From contig JAVYPJ010000002.1 in the NCBI GenBank assembly GCA_038733315.1, positions 32,001 to 96,000 on the forward strand: a stretch of DNA of 64,000 nt, written 5' to 3'. The stretch's first letter is position 1. Every line of letters starts with the position of its first letter. A program made the position numbers and the translations under genes. Shown piece after piece: positions 49,653-59,452 of the stretch. Under the pieces are notes generated by a model. It searched no databases. It saw only the letters and a list, made by a program, of their open reading frames with translations, and was not told the DNA's origin. The stretch comes from Candidatus Aenigmatarchaeota archaeon. GTDB lineage: Archaea; Aenigmatarchaeota; Aenigmatarchaeia; CG10238-14; SpSt-28.

Positions 49653-50047
49653 AACTAGTAGCTTTAATTCCATATGGAACATTAGCGCTTAGCGGAATTA
49701 TAGTAATTTTAATGATAATATTTGGTGTGTATGTTATTATAGATAGCATAGCAGAAAAAACTTGGTTTGATGCAAATTCTATGGCAAAAGTTTTTGAAAG
49801 TATAATAATTCTATATTCTTCATCCAGCTATAACATAAATTCTTCAATATTATTGCCAAAAGAGGAGTGTTCTGTTAAAATAGAAAGCAATCAAATAAGG
49901 GTTAAATATGGAAAAAAAGATGTTGAAATTCCAAGAACCGTATTCATACCTAATTATACTAAAATAGTAGTGACTCCTATAGATTGTAGTCTTAGAGAAG
50001 TTAAAATCGATAAAATCAACGAAGAAATAAAAATATATCAAAATTAA
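49649..50047 (+). CDS. Minor pilin-like protein
   Basis: N-terminal hydrophobic helix, small beta domain with Cys pair; start placed at MKLVAL. Confidence 0.6.
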   Translation: MKLVALIPYGTLALSGIIVILMIIFGVYVIIDSIAEKTWFDANSMAKVFESIIILYSSSSYNINSSILLPKEECSVKIESNQIRVKYGKKDVEIPRTVFIPNYTKIVVTPIDCSLREVKIDKINEEIKIYQN

Positions 50048-50052
50048 TTAAA

Positions 50053-50454
50053 ATGCTCAAACTACAAATAAGTTTAACACCAGAATTAATGCTTGATTTA
50101 ATACAACTTATAAGTGTTATTTTCTTTATTTTTGGTACGTATTTAATTTATGTAGAATATAAAATTAAAGTAAAACAAACTTCATGGGATGCTATAAATT
50201 ATTTAGAAGTGTCTCTCGGAAATAAATGTTTTCTCAAAGAGTTTAACAACACATATATAAAAGGTGTTTTTGATTACGAAAAAATAAATTCTAGCTATGA
50301 TAGTTGCTTTAATGACAAACTTGGTTTAAAATTCATAGTTGATAATGAAGAGAAAAACTTAGACATTTCTGGAAAAGTAAAAAAATCAGAGGGTTATGGT
50401 ATAGTTTATAAAGATGGTGTTTATAAACCAATAAAAATAGAAGTTTATAGTTAA
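50053..50454 (+). CDS. Minor pilin-like protein
   Basis: MLKLQIS leader, TM helix, small Cys-containing domain. Confidence 0.6.
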   Translation: MLKLQISLTPELMLDLIQLISVIFFIFGTYLIYVEYKIKVKQTSWDAINYLEVSLGNKCFLKEFNNTYIKGVFDYEKINSSYDSCFNDKLGLKFIVDNEEKNLDISGKVKKSEGYGIVYKDGVYKPIKIEVYS

Positions 50455-50455
50455 T

Positions 50456-50827
50456 ATGCTGCTTCCAAAAATTATACTTTTAATTGCTAATACAATTATT
50501 CTTATAATAACATTTTCTATACTGATATTTTTAAGAGATGTAATATTGCCGCCAGCGACGGTAAACATAGTTTTTTCACCCATTTACCATTCTACAGCTA
50601 CTTATCAAATATATCTTTTACTAAATTCTGACGATGTTAAAGAAAAATTAAAGACGTGTGATTCATCCATTTACAATTACATAAAGAGTAAGACGTCTAA
50701 ACCATTCTATGCAAAAATAGATGGTTGTGTTTTGAGAGAGAACATAAATATAGAAGTTTTTAAGAATAGCACACTTATGAGAATGATAGTAGAAAATAAA
50801 GATCTTTCAGTTTTGATTAAAACATGA
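50456..50827 (+). CDS. Minor pilin-like protein
   Basis: N-terminal TM helix, small domain, operonic. Confidence 0.55.
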   Translation: MLLPKIILLIANTIILIITFSILIFLRDVILPPATVNIVFSPIYHSTATYQIYLLLNSDDVKEKLKTCDSSIYNYIKSKTSKPFYAKIDGCVLRENINIEVFKNSTLMRMIVENKDLSVLIKT

Positions 50828-51171
50828 AGGCAATACTTCACTTTCTATTAAAACCATTAATATTTTTAGTGGTATTGCTTTCAGTTATATATGCTACTGC
50901 ATTCCTTTCTGGTAAAGAATATGAGAGCGAAGTTTTAGTAAGCAAAATCAATAAAATAATAAATGAAGCAGAACTTTCTCAGCTATATATAATTGATAGA
51001 ATAAAAAAAGAAAAAACTAGTTTTGATTTTGAAACTATGAATTGTAAATTTTCTGTAGTTGTTAAAAAGTGCGATGATAAAAAATGTTTAGCTAGTATAT
51101 CAGTAACACCTAACTTAAGAATTAGCGGTTTAAACATTAGATTATTTAAAGAAATAATAGTAGAATTATGA
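50824..51171 (+). CDS. Minor pilin-like protein
   Basis: MKA|I leader, TM helix, Cys residues. Confidence 0.55.
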   Translation: MKAILHFLLKPLIFLVVLLSVIYATAFLSGKEYESEVLVSKINKIINEAELSQLYIIDRIKKEKTSFDFETMNCKFSVVVKKCDDKKCLASISVTPNLRISGLNIRLFKEIIVEL

Positions 51172-52268
51172 TGAGAGGGATAATTTTAAAAAGTTTTTTG
51201 ATGCTTATACTTGTCTTAATTATTGGTATTATTGCTGTTTTATTATTCCTTCATTTTTTCTATAAAGAAGAAACTTATTATTACACAATACCATCTGTAA
51301 AATCCTCTGAATACCAAGGAATATCTTTAAAACTAGAAACTCCAAGATTGTCAAACTATGGAAATTACCTTTTCAGAATTTCCATATCAAGCAATTTTTT
51401 TAAAGATGTTGATATAAAGGAGATAAATGCATCTGTAATAGATACAGATTTAAAAAGCGGTTATTTTGGAAGATTAATTATAAATAATATAAAAATTGAG
51501 CCAAAAAAATATTTTGAATATGACGCAAGCTTAGATGTAAGTCAGTATTATGGAAAAACATTTTTCTGCAAAAACGAAAGTTTTTCTTGTCCAAACGGAA
51601 TAGCATATCCCTTTGGTTTTTGGATTTTTGAAGATTGCAAGTGTTTATCTTATAAAGAAGCTTTTTGTAAGTTTAGAAATAAAAGGTTAAGAATTTCCTT
51701 AGATTACGACGCTACTTATCAAAGCTACTTTACTATATCTATGAAATCTACAAGAAACCCGGAGGTTGTGCATCAGCCGACTGACTTTAAGATTAAAATA
51801 TTGACATCACCAAAACCATATGAGTTCGATACAGACCTAACTTTATCTTTAATTATAGAGGATTTAGGAAATTATGATTTAAAAATTAAAAAAATAGAAA
51901 TAGTTCCAGTAAAAACAGTAATAATTTCAGAATCTTTGTTTAGAAGGAAAGTAGTTAATGTATCTTTTCCAAATTCCTGCGAATTTAGAGATATAGATTT
52001 GAAGAATCCTTATCTTACCGGATGTAATTTTGGAAAACCAGAAATAGAGGTTTTGGAAATGGATAAGTCTCAGGAGCAAAAAATTCTCAAATCAGAAAAA
52101 GTTAATGTGACAAGAATGATTTGTGAGAATGATTATTTTAAAAAGTATTGTGAGGTTAGTAATGTTTTAGAAAAAGCGACGTTTTCAGTTATAATTGATT
52201 ATGAAACTACATATGTTACAACTAAAGAAATATCTGTTGATTATTCTAGTATTTGTTCTGAAAAATAA
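51168..52268 (+). CDS. Pilin-like protein with Cys-rich Ig-like domains
   Basis: MMRG|II leader, TM helix, multiple Cys, LDYDATY/IDYETTY strands. Confidence 0.6.
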   Translation: MMRGIILKSFLMLILVLIIGIIAVLLFLHFFYKEETYYYTIPSVKSSEYQGISLKLETPRLSNYGNYLFRISISSNFFKDVDIKEINASVIDTDLKSGYFGRLIINNIKIEPKKYFEYDASLDVSQYYGKTFFCKNESFSCPNGIAYPFGFWIFEDCKCLSYKEAFCKFRNKRLRISLDYDATYQSYFTISMKSTRNPEVVHQPTDFKIKILTSPKPYEFDTDLTLSLIIEDLGNYDLKIKKIEIVPVKTVIISESLFRRKVVNVSFPNSCEFRDIDLKNPYLTGCNFGKPEIEVLEMDKSQEQKILKSEKVNVTRMICENDYFKKYCEVSNVLEKATFSVIIDYETTYVTTKEISVDYSSICSEK

Positions 52269-52283
52269 TAACGAAGAATAAAA

Positions 52284-52664
52284 TTATTCGTATCTACATT
52301 GACACCTCTTTAAGCATTGTTTCCAATAGTCTTCATTATCTCCTATGGATGGTTTACCTAAAATGTATGCACATATTTCAGAAAGATATGGACGATCTCT
52401 ATCTTCGCCTGATGGTACTACAGGAACATCTTTTTTTGTTAGTTTTGCCGATTCTATATTTTTCGCATCTCTCAATGGTATGTATTCTGAAGCGCAGTTA
52501 CGATAATAGACGAGCTCTTGGCAGAACATGTTTTCAACTCTTGGTCTGACAAAGAATTGTTGAAACCCAGGAATTATTCCAAGAAAGCCTAAAATAATTA
52601 CTAAAGCAACAGCAGCTACAATTACTATTATAAGCATAGATATAGAGATTTCGGCACCCTTCAT
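52284..52664 (-). CDS. Type IV pilin-like protein
   Basis: MKG|AEISISMLIIVIVAAVALVIILGF; Cys-rich C-terminus. Confidence 0.7.
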   Translation of the reverse strand: MKGAEISISMLIIVIVAAVALVIILGFLGIIPGFQQFFVRPRVENMFCQELVYYRNCASEYIPLRDAKNIESAKLTKKDVPVVPSGEDRDRPYLSEICAYILGKPSIGDNEDYWKQCLKRCQCRYE

Positions 52665-52708
52665 AATACAAATATTTAGGGTTATGAATATATATTTTTT
52701 GTTTTCGA

Positions 52709-52843
52709 TTATACTATACCGAACATTCTGAAAAATTGAAAAAACTGTTCCTTTATAATACCAGAAAGAATGAATAATATTAACAAAATCGCAATCGCAG
52801 TTATAACTACTATTAAAACCTTAGTGGAAATTTTTATAGACAT
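52709..52843 (-). CDS. Small pilin-like protein (44 aa), absent from the ORF track
   Basis: MSIKISTKVLIVVITAIAILLILFILSGIIKEQFFQFFRMFGIV. Confidence 0.6.
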   Translation of the reverse strand: MSIKISTKVLIVVITAIAILLILFILSGIIKEQFFQFFRMFGIV

Positions 52844-52846
52844 TTT

Positions 52847-53002
52847 TTACGAAATTTTTGGACCAAACGGAAATTTTAGATTTGAAATAAATTCCCAGAT
52901 TTGTTTTAGAAAATCCCATTTTTTAGCGATTGCTAGAACAAAAAGTATAATAGCGATAAAAAGTATTATAATACCAAGTGCTAACCAAAGCTCGTCTTCC
53001 AT
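52847..53002 (-). CDS. Small pilin-like protein (51 aa), absent from the ORF track
   Basis: MEDELWLALGIIILFIAIILFVLAIAKKWDFLKQIWEFISNLKFPFGPKIS. Confidence 0.6.
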   Translation of the reverse strand: MEDELWLALGIIILFIAIILFVLAIAKKWDFLKQIWEFISNLKFPFGPKIS

Positions 53003-53003
53003 T

Positions 53004-53186
53004 TTATCTATTTGCGTTTCCCTTTGTTAATATCTCAAACCACTTAGTAACATTCAGAATATCTTTTATGCCAGAAGTACCTTGCTCCCTAGACATATTT
53101 ACAAAGAAAAGTATTATTATTAGAGCAGCGACAGCTACAATTATTATAATTAATGTTTCTATTGACAGATTTAGCCCACACTTCAT
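53004..53186 (-). CDS. Small type IV pilin-like protein
   Basis: MKCG|LNLSIETLIIIIVAVAALIIILFF; start moved to MKCG. Confidence 0.7.
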   Translation of the reverse strand: MKCGLNLSIETLIIIIVAVAALIIILFFVNMSREQGTSGIKDILNVTKWFEILTKGNANR

Positions 53187-53383
53187 AATTTTATACCTTT
53201 TTAAATAAATAAAAATATTTGATTTTAAAATATACACTTTTCTATAGAAAACAATAAGTTAAATGAAGATAGAAAAACTTATTATAGGGGGTTGGATTCT
53301 TTCTTGGCTAATGGTACTTTGAAGTCTATTCGACTTCTAAATAAATAATATAAAAACTCAAATATATAAATTTCGATAAAATA

Positions 53384-54535
53384 ATGGATACAATAATAAA
53401 ATCCGCACTCCAAAGAGCACTTGAAGAAGAAAATCCAAATCTAAAAATAGCTTCAAAAGTTTCTAGCGGTTTAATCAGAAAAGATCTAGATTATTTTCAA
53501 ATAGCAAAAGAACAGTTTGGTGTAGATGTTAAAAAAGCGAAAATCGTTGCTGTTGGTGTTGGAGGTGCAGGCTGCAATACAGTTACTAGATTACATGAAT
53601 TAGGTGTTTATGGTGCTAATACTGTAGCATTAAATACAGATGCAAAACACTTGGCAGTAACTAAGGCCGATAAAAGAATTTTAATAGGTAAAGAATTAAC
53701 AAAAGGTTTGGGTTGTGGAGGTATTCCAGAAATAGGTAGAAAGGCTGCTGAAGAAAGTAGAAACGAAATTAAAGAAGCTATAGAGGGAGCAGATATGGTA
53801 TTCGTATTAGCAGGCATGGGAAAAGGTACAGGTACTGGAGCAGCTCCGGTAGTTGCAGAAATAGCAAAATCGATGGGAGCATTAGTTATTGGAGTTGTTG
53901 AGATGCCATTTAGTGCAGAGGGTTCAAGGAGATTTAAAGCCGAAGAAGGATTAGCTAGACTAAGAGAGCATGCCGATACTGTTATTGTTATTGAAAATGA
54001 TAGATTGTTAAAATATGCAGGAAACTTAAATTTACAACAAGCTTTTGCGGTTGCAGACGAATTGGTTGCTAATATGATAAAAGGTATTACAGAAACAATT
54101 ACATTACCGAGCTTAATTAACTTAGACTATGCTGATGTAAGAAGTGTAATGAGTACTGGCGGTGGGGTTGCTGCATTAGGAATTGCTGAAAGTTCTTCAA
54201 GCGATAGAGCAAGAGATTCTGTAATGAAAGCACTACAAAATCCATTAATAGATGTTGATTATACAGGAGCTGCTGGAGCATTAGTTCACGTAACTGGTGG
54301 AGAAGATTTGAAATTAGAGGAAGTACATCAAATAATGCATCATGTATATTCTCAATTGGATCCAAGTGCAACAGTGTTTATTGGAGCAAGAATAATGCCA
54401 GAATACGAAGGAAGAATACAAGTTATTACAATAGTTACTGGAGTAAAATCTCCATATATTTTAGGAAGAGTTTCTGTTGAAAGAACTTTAACAAAAGAAA
54501 CAAGCTCTCTACTAGGTATAGATATACTCAAATAA
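53384..54535 (+). CDS. ftsZ: Cell division protein FtsZ
   Basis: GVGGAGCN, NTDAKHL, GMGKGTGTG, INLDYADV. Confidence 0.97.
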   Translation: MDTIIKSALQRALEEENPNLKIASKVSSGLIRKDLDYFQIAKEQFGVDVKKAKIVAVGVGGAGCNTVTRLHELGVYGANTVALNTDAKHLAVTKADKRILIGKELTKGLGCGGIPEIGRKAAEESRNEIKEAIEGADMVFVLAGMGKGTGTGAAPVVAEIAKSMGALVIGVVEMPFSAEGSRRFKAEEGLARLREHADTVIVIENDRLLKYAGNLNLQQAFAVADELVANMIKGITETITLPSLINLDYADVRSVMSTGGGVAALGIAESSSSDRARDSVMKALQNPLIDVDYTGAAGALVHVTGGEDLKLEEVHQIMHHVYSQLDPSATVFIGARIMPEYEGRIQVITIVTGVKSPYILGRVSVERTLTKETSSLLGIDILK

Positions 54536-54548
54536 TCCCTTCCTTTTT

Positions 54549-54872
54549 TTATTTTTTAAGATATTCTAATAAATTTTTTGAAATTTCTTTTTCCAAATCT
54601 TTTTTCTTATTTTTAAGATATTTGTTGAACAGAAGCCAATTCTTATATGCTAATTTATCTTCTTTTTTTAATAAATCTAGTATAATCTTAGTTAGCTCTT
54701 TAGTTGTTATTTCTTTTTTATTCTTTTCTAAAATTTTTCCAAGCGTCATATAGGCAATTTTTCTAGAAGTTTCAATATCAGCTCCACTTCTTAAAATGCT
54801 AACAACAATCTTTTCTATTACAAAATCTTCTATTCTTCCATCTTTCTTTTTAACTTTTATGTTAAAATTCAT
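54549..54872 (-). CDS. Stand-alone ATP-cone domain protein
   Basis: VKKKDGRIEDFVIEKIVVSI. Confidence 0.8.
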   Translation of the reverse strand: MNFNIKVKKKDGRIEDFVIEKIVVSILRSGADIETSRKIAYMTLGKILEKNKKEITTKELTKIILDLLKKEDKLAYKNWLLFNKYLKNKKKDLEKEISKNLLEYLKK

Positions 54873-54917
54873 AAAATTATTATTTTTGCTATAAATATAT
54901 AGGTTTGGGAATATTTT

Positions 54918-55457
54918 ATGGATAAAAAATCGATAATAAACTTCCTTTTGATTTTTATCTCAACTTCTTTATTTCTAATTTCCATTGGAATGTTTATTCT
55001 CTCGTTTCTTACTCTATTTAATTTCTTTAACTCCAATATAAACTTTTTTAAAAATTTTCAACAAAAAGACAACGCTTTGAACGAAGTTACTCTTTATAAT
55101 CCTGGACCAATGAATATTAAAGAGCTAAGTATTAATTCAAAAATTTACTTTCTAAATAAAAGCTATGATTTTCTAAGGTTTAATTCTGCAATTGCTGCAA
55201 AAGAAGAGAAAAAAATTGCTTTAGAGGTTTTGAATAAAAGTCTTATAGAGGATGAAATTAAAAATTATTTTTTAGAAGTGTTTAACGAATATAAAGATAT
55301 TGAATATGCTAAGAATAAAATATTAAACGAAATTAGAAAAGGTGTTTTAATTAGCGAAATAAACGTAAGCTTAGAAGATTTGTTAAAAATAGATTTAATG
55401 TTTGAAATTGGGTTATACGATTTAATAAAAATTGGAAGCGAAGGTAATATAATATGA
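54918..55457 (+). CDS. Membrane-anchored hypothetical protein
   Basis: N-terminal TM helix, LYNPG beta domain. Confidence 0.6.
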   Translation: MDKKSIINFLLIFISTSLFLISIGMFILSFLTLFNFFNSNINFFKNFQQKDNALNEVTLYNPGPMNIKELSINSKIYFLNKSYDFLRFNSAIAAKEEKKIALEVLNKSLIEDEIKNYFLEVFNEYKDIEYAKNKILNEIRKGVLISEINVSLEDLLKIDLMFEIGLYDLIKIGSEGNII

Positions 55458-55924
55458 AAGTCTTAAACCTAATTAAGTGCATTTTTTTATTTTTATTGAA
55501 TTTTATTCTCTTTTCATTACCTTTTCTGATAGTTATTCTCGAAAATTATAACATGTTTAATTGCGAATTTTATGTTTTAAATCCCTGCAAATCTATTTAC
55601 AACTTTTACGGTTTTAATATAGTTTTTTTATTATTTTTCTTAGGAATCCTGATTTCTATTTTTGCATTTCTTTCAAACTTCTTAGAGAAAAGGATAGCAT
55701 CTTATTTTTCTGTTAGCTATTCAGTTTTTGTTTTAATTTTTTTAATTTTTGTATTCAATTTTGGAAAGTTCGAAATAAATTTTGGTAATGAAGCTCAAAT
55801 TCCAATTAATTTTAACAAAACAAAAATTTCTGTTGATTTTAAAATTCCATTTTATATTTTAGTTCTAAGTTCTGTAGTTGACATAATGAGAAGAATTGTT
55901 GTAAACTTTGTTTTTAAGAGCTAA
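55454..55924 (+). CDS. Four-TM hypothetical membrane protein
   Basis: Hydrophobic segments, overlaps the previous stop. Confidence 0.6.
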   Translation: MKVLNLIKCIFLFLLNFILFSLPFLIVILENYNMFNCEFYVLNPCKSIYNFYGFNIVFLLFFLGILISIFAFLSNFLEKRIASYFSVSYSVFVLIFLIFVFNFGKFEINFGNEAQIPINFNKTKISVDFKIPFYILVLSSVVDIMRRIVVNFVFKS

Positions 55925-56895
55925 GGAGATAATTCTCATAAGTAACGCTTCGATGTATCATTTCTAATGCGTCATGATAGAAGGATTCAAGTTCTATACA
56001 TCTGGTTTTTATATTTTTCTCTTTGAGATATTTAGCAATTTTTTCAGCGTGTGATTTACCACATATAACTACTAATCTTTTATTATTAACTTCTTCTACT
56101 TTTTTAGCAATTTGTTCCGCCATATATTTTTCTCTTTCGCTGCTTATTCCTTCTAATTTTTGATAAATATCGATTATTTTTGTACGATGCAATTCATTTT
56201 CATAATCCATTTTGACTCGATACTCATTAAGATGTTTTTTTATCAATTCTTTACTATCAATATGTTCTACTTTGACCTTATTCTTTTTTATATATTCAAA
56301 TAGTGGAAGTTTTACATATATAGGTAGAATTTTTTGATGTACTTCTGAGTTAGAATACTCGTTAATTAATTCTAAAAGTCCCGCCTTTTTTAAATCATCA
56401 ACGTGTTTATATTTTTCTTTCTTCTAATAAATATTTTTCTAATTCTCGATTAAAATTTATAAGATTTTCAAAATCTCCATATAAATCTACGAATGGTATA
56501 GAATTTGGAGACAATTTTGTATAGTATTTTTTATTAAATTCTTTTAGAAATTCTTCTGTTTCCTTTTTACAATTTTTTTGATCTTCGCCAATGTAGTTTT
56601 TAACTTTCTTAAAAAAATTTATTATTTTACATTCTTCGAAAAATCTTTGTATCTCTTCGTACTTTTCTATTATTTTGTTTATATCGTTGTCTTTATCTTT
56701 CGGACCCTCTAATAAAACGCAGTTTGGCTTCCATTTTTCACAAATGTATTTTTCTAATTTTCCGTGAAGAGGATCTGTATGGTTTTCACCAACCACTATT
56801 ACTTCAGTATTTTTATCTAATGCTGCTCTAATTGCCTCACTAAATTTAATGTATGCTTCATATAGTTTTTCACAAAACTCTTTTTTAGATATCAT
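55914..56895 (-). pseudogene. ChaN/TraB(GumN)-like protein split by a frameshift near 56410-56423
   Basis: VVGENH and VLLEG upstream; REKYM and VVICGKSH downstream; downstream frame is open from 56423. Confidence 0.65.
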
Positions 56896-56989
56896 AATTA
56901 TAAGAAACTTTTGGTTCAGAAATGTTTTTTAATGATTAACATAAATGAAAAATTTTTTATAAACATAAGGAGATTAGTTATTTCTTTAT

Positions 56990-57063
56990 GGGCCCGTAGC
57001 TCAGTATGGTAGAGCGACCGGCTCTTAACCGGTAGGTCGCGGGTTCGAATCCCGCCGGGCCCA
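56990..57063 (+). tRNA. tRNA-Lys (CTT)
   Basis: GGGCCCG/CGGGCCC acceptor, ACCGG-CTCTTAA-CCGGT, GGTTCGAATCC. Confidence 0.97.
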
Positions 57064-57066
57064 AAA

Positions 57067-57687
57067 CTATTTTAACTCAACAAAAGCAACTTCACTTATT
57101 AACTCTTTTCTTATTCTATTTCTTTCTTTCACAATCTTATAAAGCCTTTGAGAAAAATTTTCTATTAGTGGCACTACTAAAATACCATTATTTTTTAATT
57201 GCTCAATCCAATCCTTAGAAATTTCCTTACAAGCAGCGCTTATAGCTATTTTATCAAATGGCGCAAACTCTTTAAGTCCATATTTTCCATCTCTCAAAAA
57301 AATTTTACATTTATCCAAATAACCAATTCTTTCTAAGTTACTTTTTCCAAATTCAAAGACCTCTTTATTTATTTCAACTCCATAGACCTCTCTTTTAGTT
57401 ATTTCATGTGCATATGCTAACAATATTCCAGAACCAAAACCTATTTCTAAGAATTTATCATTTTCTTTTAACTCTAGTGCTTCTAAATAAATTGCGTGCA
57501 TATGTGGTGCAGAAATAGTAGCGTCTTTATTTATTGGCAGCGGAACATCTAAATAGGCTTGATTTTTAAATTCATCCCTTACAAAAAATTTTCTATCAAT
57601 CTTTAAAAACGCGTTTTTAACTTCCTTTCTTTTTATAAATCCATTTTTTTCTAAGTTCTCTACCAATTCTTCTAAGCTTTTACCCAT
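57067..57687 (-). CDS. pcm: Protein-L-isoaspartate O-methyltransferase
   Basis: AYLDVPLPI, TISAPHM, LEIGFGSG, APFDKI, VAFVEL. Confidence 0.93.
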   Translation of the reverse strand: MGKSLEELVENLEKNGFIKRKEVKNAFLKIDRKFFVRDEFKNQAYLDVPLPINKDATISAPHMHAIYLEALELKENDKFLEIGFGSGILLAYAHEITKREVYGVEINKEVFEFGKSNLERIGYLDKCKIFLRDGKYGLKEFAPFDKIAISAACKEISKDWIEQLKNNGILVVPLIENFSQRLYKIVKERNRIRKELISEVAFVELK

Positions 57688-57708
57688 AAATTAATTACGA
57701 AATTCAAG

Positions 57709-59439
57709 CTAAACAATGTTCCATTCTTTTAGCAACTCTTTTTCTTCTTCACTTAAATACTCGAAATATTTTTTCAAATAATCTATATCTCTTGGATTTA
57801 AATCTGAAATTAAAACATCATCTTCATTAATACTCCTTCCAATAGTTACGTTTTGAATGCTAATCGCAATCTTTTCGCCTTTCGTAGCAAATTCTATACT
57901 TCTGTTTTCTTTTTGAATATCGTTTACAACACCAACTTCTTTGCCATCGATTCTTTTTAGTTTTGTTCCTCTAAATAATCTTCCTTTTAAAACCTCTACT
58001 CCACAGATTGCAGGATCGCTTCTTCTAAATATACAACCTTTTATAAGTCTAATAACTACAGGCCTATTAATTTTTGATAATTCATACTTAGCTTCATTTT
58101 TCTTCCTCTCTTCTAAATAATTTTTTATATCTTCAATTATTCTATATATAACATTTCCTTTAAATACCTTAACATTTTTCTGTTTTAGAATATTTTCATC
58201 TTCTTCGTTTATATCAACATTAAATAAAACTATAATTTTAAATTTTTCGTCTTTAATCAAATCTAAATCCAATAAATCTTCTTTTTTTATTTTTCCTACG
58301 CCAGTTTTTTTGATTGGTATTTTTTCTTTTTCAAACATGTTTATTAATGCTTCTAAGCTACCTAAGGTATCTGCCTTAATTATTACTCCATCTCCTTCAT
58401 TCTTAAAAATAACGCTTTCAAACGTAAGCTTCAATTCTTTTTTAAACCTTTCTAAATCTTTTTCATCCTTAGCAACTCTAAACTCGCTACCAGCAATAGC
58501 ATTTTCTAAATTTTCAGCAAAAATCCTTATTCCAGCAGATGCTATCACTTCATTTACATATTCGAAATCTTTTTCGTACTTTATATCTCTTAACTCCTTT
58601 GGTAGCATTATAAGTTTTACCTTAGTTACTATTGGCTCAGAAGATGCAATTACTATACTATCTCCTTTTTTTAACTTTCCATCATAAAGTATACAATCCG
58701 CTACAATTCCTAATCCTTTTTGCTCTCTTAGCTCTAAGATTATTCCTTTAGATTCCTTTGAAATAAACAGTTTTTCTTTTAAGAATGTTTGAGAAACGCC
58801 ACAAAGAACTAATAGAAGCTCTGCTAATCCTTCTTTTGTTTTTGCAGATATCGGAATTATTGGAACTTGATTTTTAAAGTCTGTAACTCTATCAAATCTT
58901 TCTGAATTAAACCCAAATTCATACAATTTAGCAACTATTTCATACAATTTTTTATCTAATTCTAATATAGTTTGTTGTTTTTGTATTTTTAAACTTTCTA
59001 AAAAAGATAAAGAATTAGAATTTTTCCAATCTGGCAATCTATCTATTTTGTTTAGAGCAACTAAGAAAGGAATTTTGAAATCTTTAAGAATATTTAAGCA
59101 CTCTTCAGTTTGCTCCCTTATGCCTTCTATAACATCTATAACTAAAATTACAATATCTGAAATATTTCCTCCTCGCTTCCTTAAGTGAGAAAAGGCAGCA
59201 TGTCCAGGAGTATCAATTAATAGAATTCCATTAAATTTAATTTCGAATTTAAAATTTTTTAAAAGATTTCCACATATCTTTTCAATAATATTTTTTGGTA
59301 TGTATGTGGATGAAATGTGCTGTGTAATTTGTCCAGGTTCTTTTAATGCAATAGTAGAATTTCTTATAGCATCAGCTAAAGAAGTTTTTCCATGGTCTAC
59401 ATGACCCATTAATGCTATAATTGGAGCCCTTAATTCCAT
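57709..59439 (-). CDS. infB: Translation initiation factor aIF5B/IF-2
   Basis: GHVDHGKT, ITQHI, DTPGH, NKID, KADTLGSLEAL. Confidence 0.97.
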   Translation of the reverse strand: MELRAPIIALMGHVDHGKTSLADAIRNSTIALKEPGQITQHISSTYIPKNIIEKICGNLLKNFKFEIKFNGILLIDTPGHAAFSHLRKRGGNISDIVILVIDVIEGIREQTEECLNILKDFKIPFLVALNKIDRLPDWKNSNSLSFLESLKIQKQQTILELDKKLYEIVAKLYEFGFNSERFDRVTDFKNQVPIIPISAKTKEGLAELLLVLCGVSQTFLKEKLFISKESKGIILELREQKGLGIVADCILYDGKLKKGDSIVIASSEPIVTKVKLIMLPKELRDIKYEKDFEYVNEVIASAGIRIFAENLENAIAGSEFRVAKDEKDLERFKKELKLTFESVIFKNEGDGVIIKADTLGSLEALINMFEKEKIPIKKTGVGKIKKEDLLDLDLIKDEKFKIIVLFNVDINEEDENILKQKNVKVFKGNVIYRIIEDIKNYLEERKKNEAKYELSKINRPVVIRLIKGCIFRRSDPAICGVEVLKGRLFRGTKLKRIDGKEVGVVNDIQKENRSIEFATKGEKIAISIQNVTIGRSINEDDVLISDLNPRDIDYLKKYFEYLSEEEKELLKEWNIV

Positions 59440-59452
59440 AAAAAAGAAGAGT

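Noticed and set aside
53263..53340. 19-codon ORF or sRNA upstream of ftsZ with GAAGTC/GACTTC hairpin
   Set aside because: Too short, and no complete C/D box arrangement
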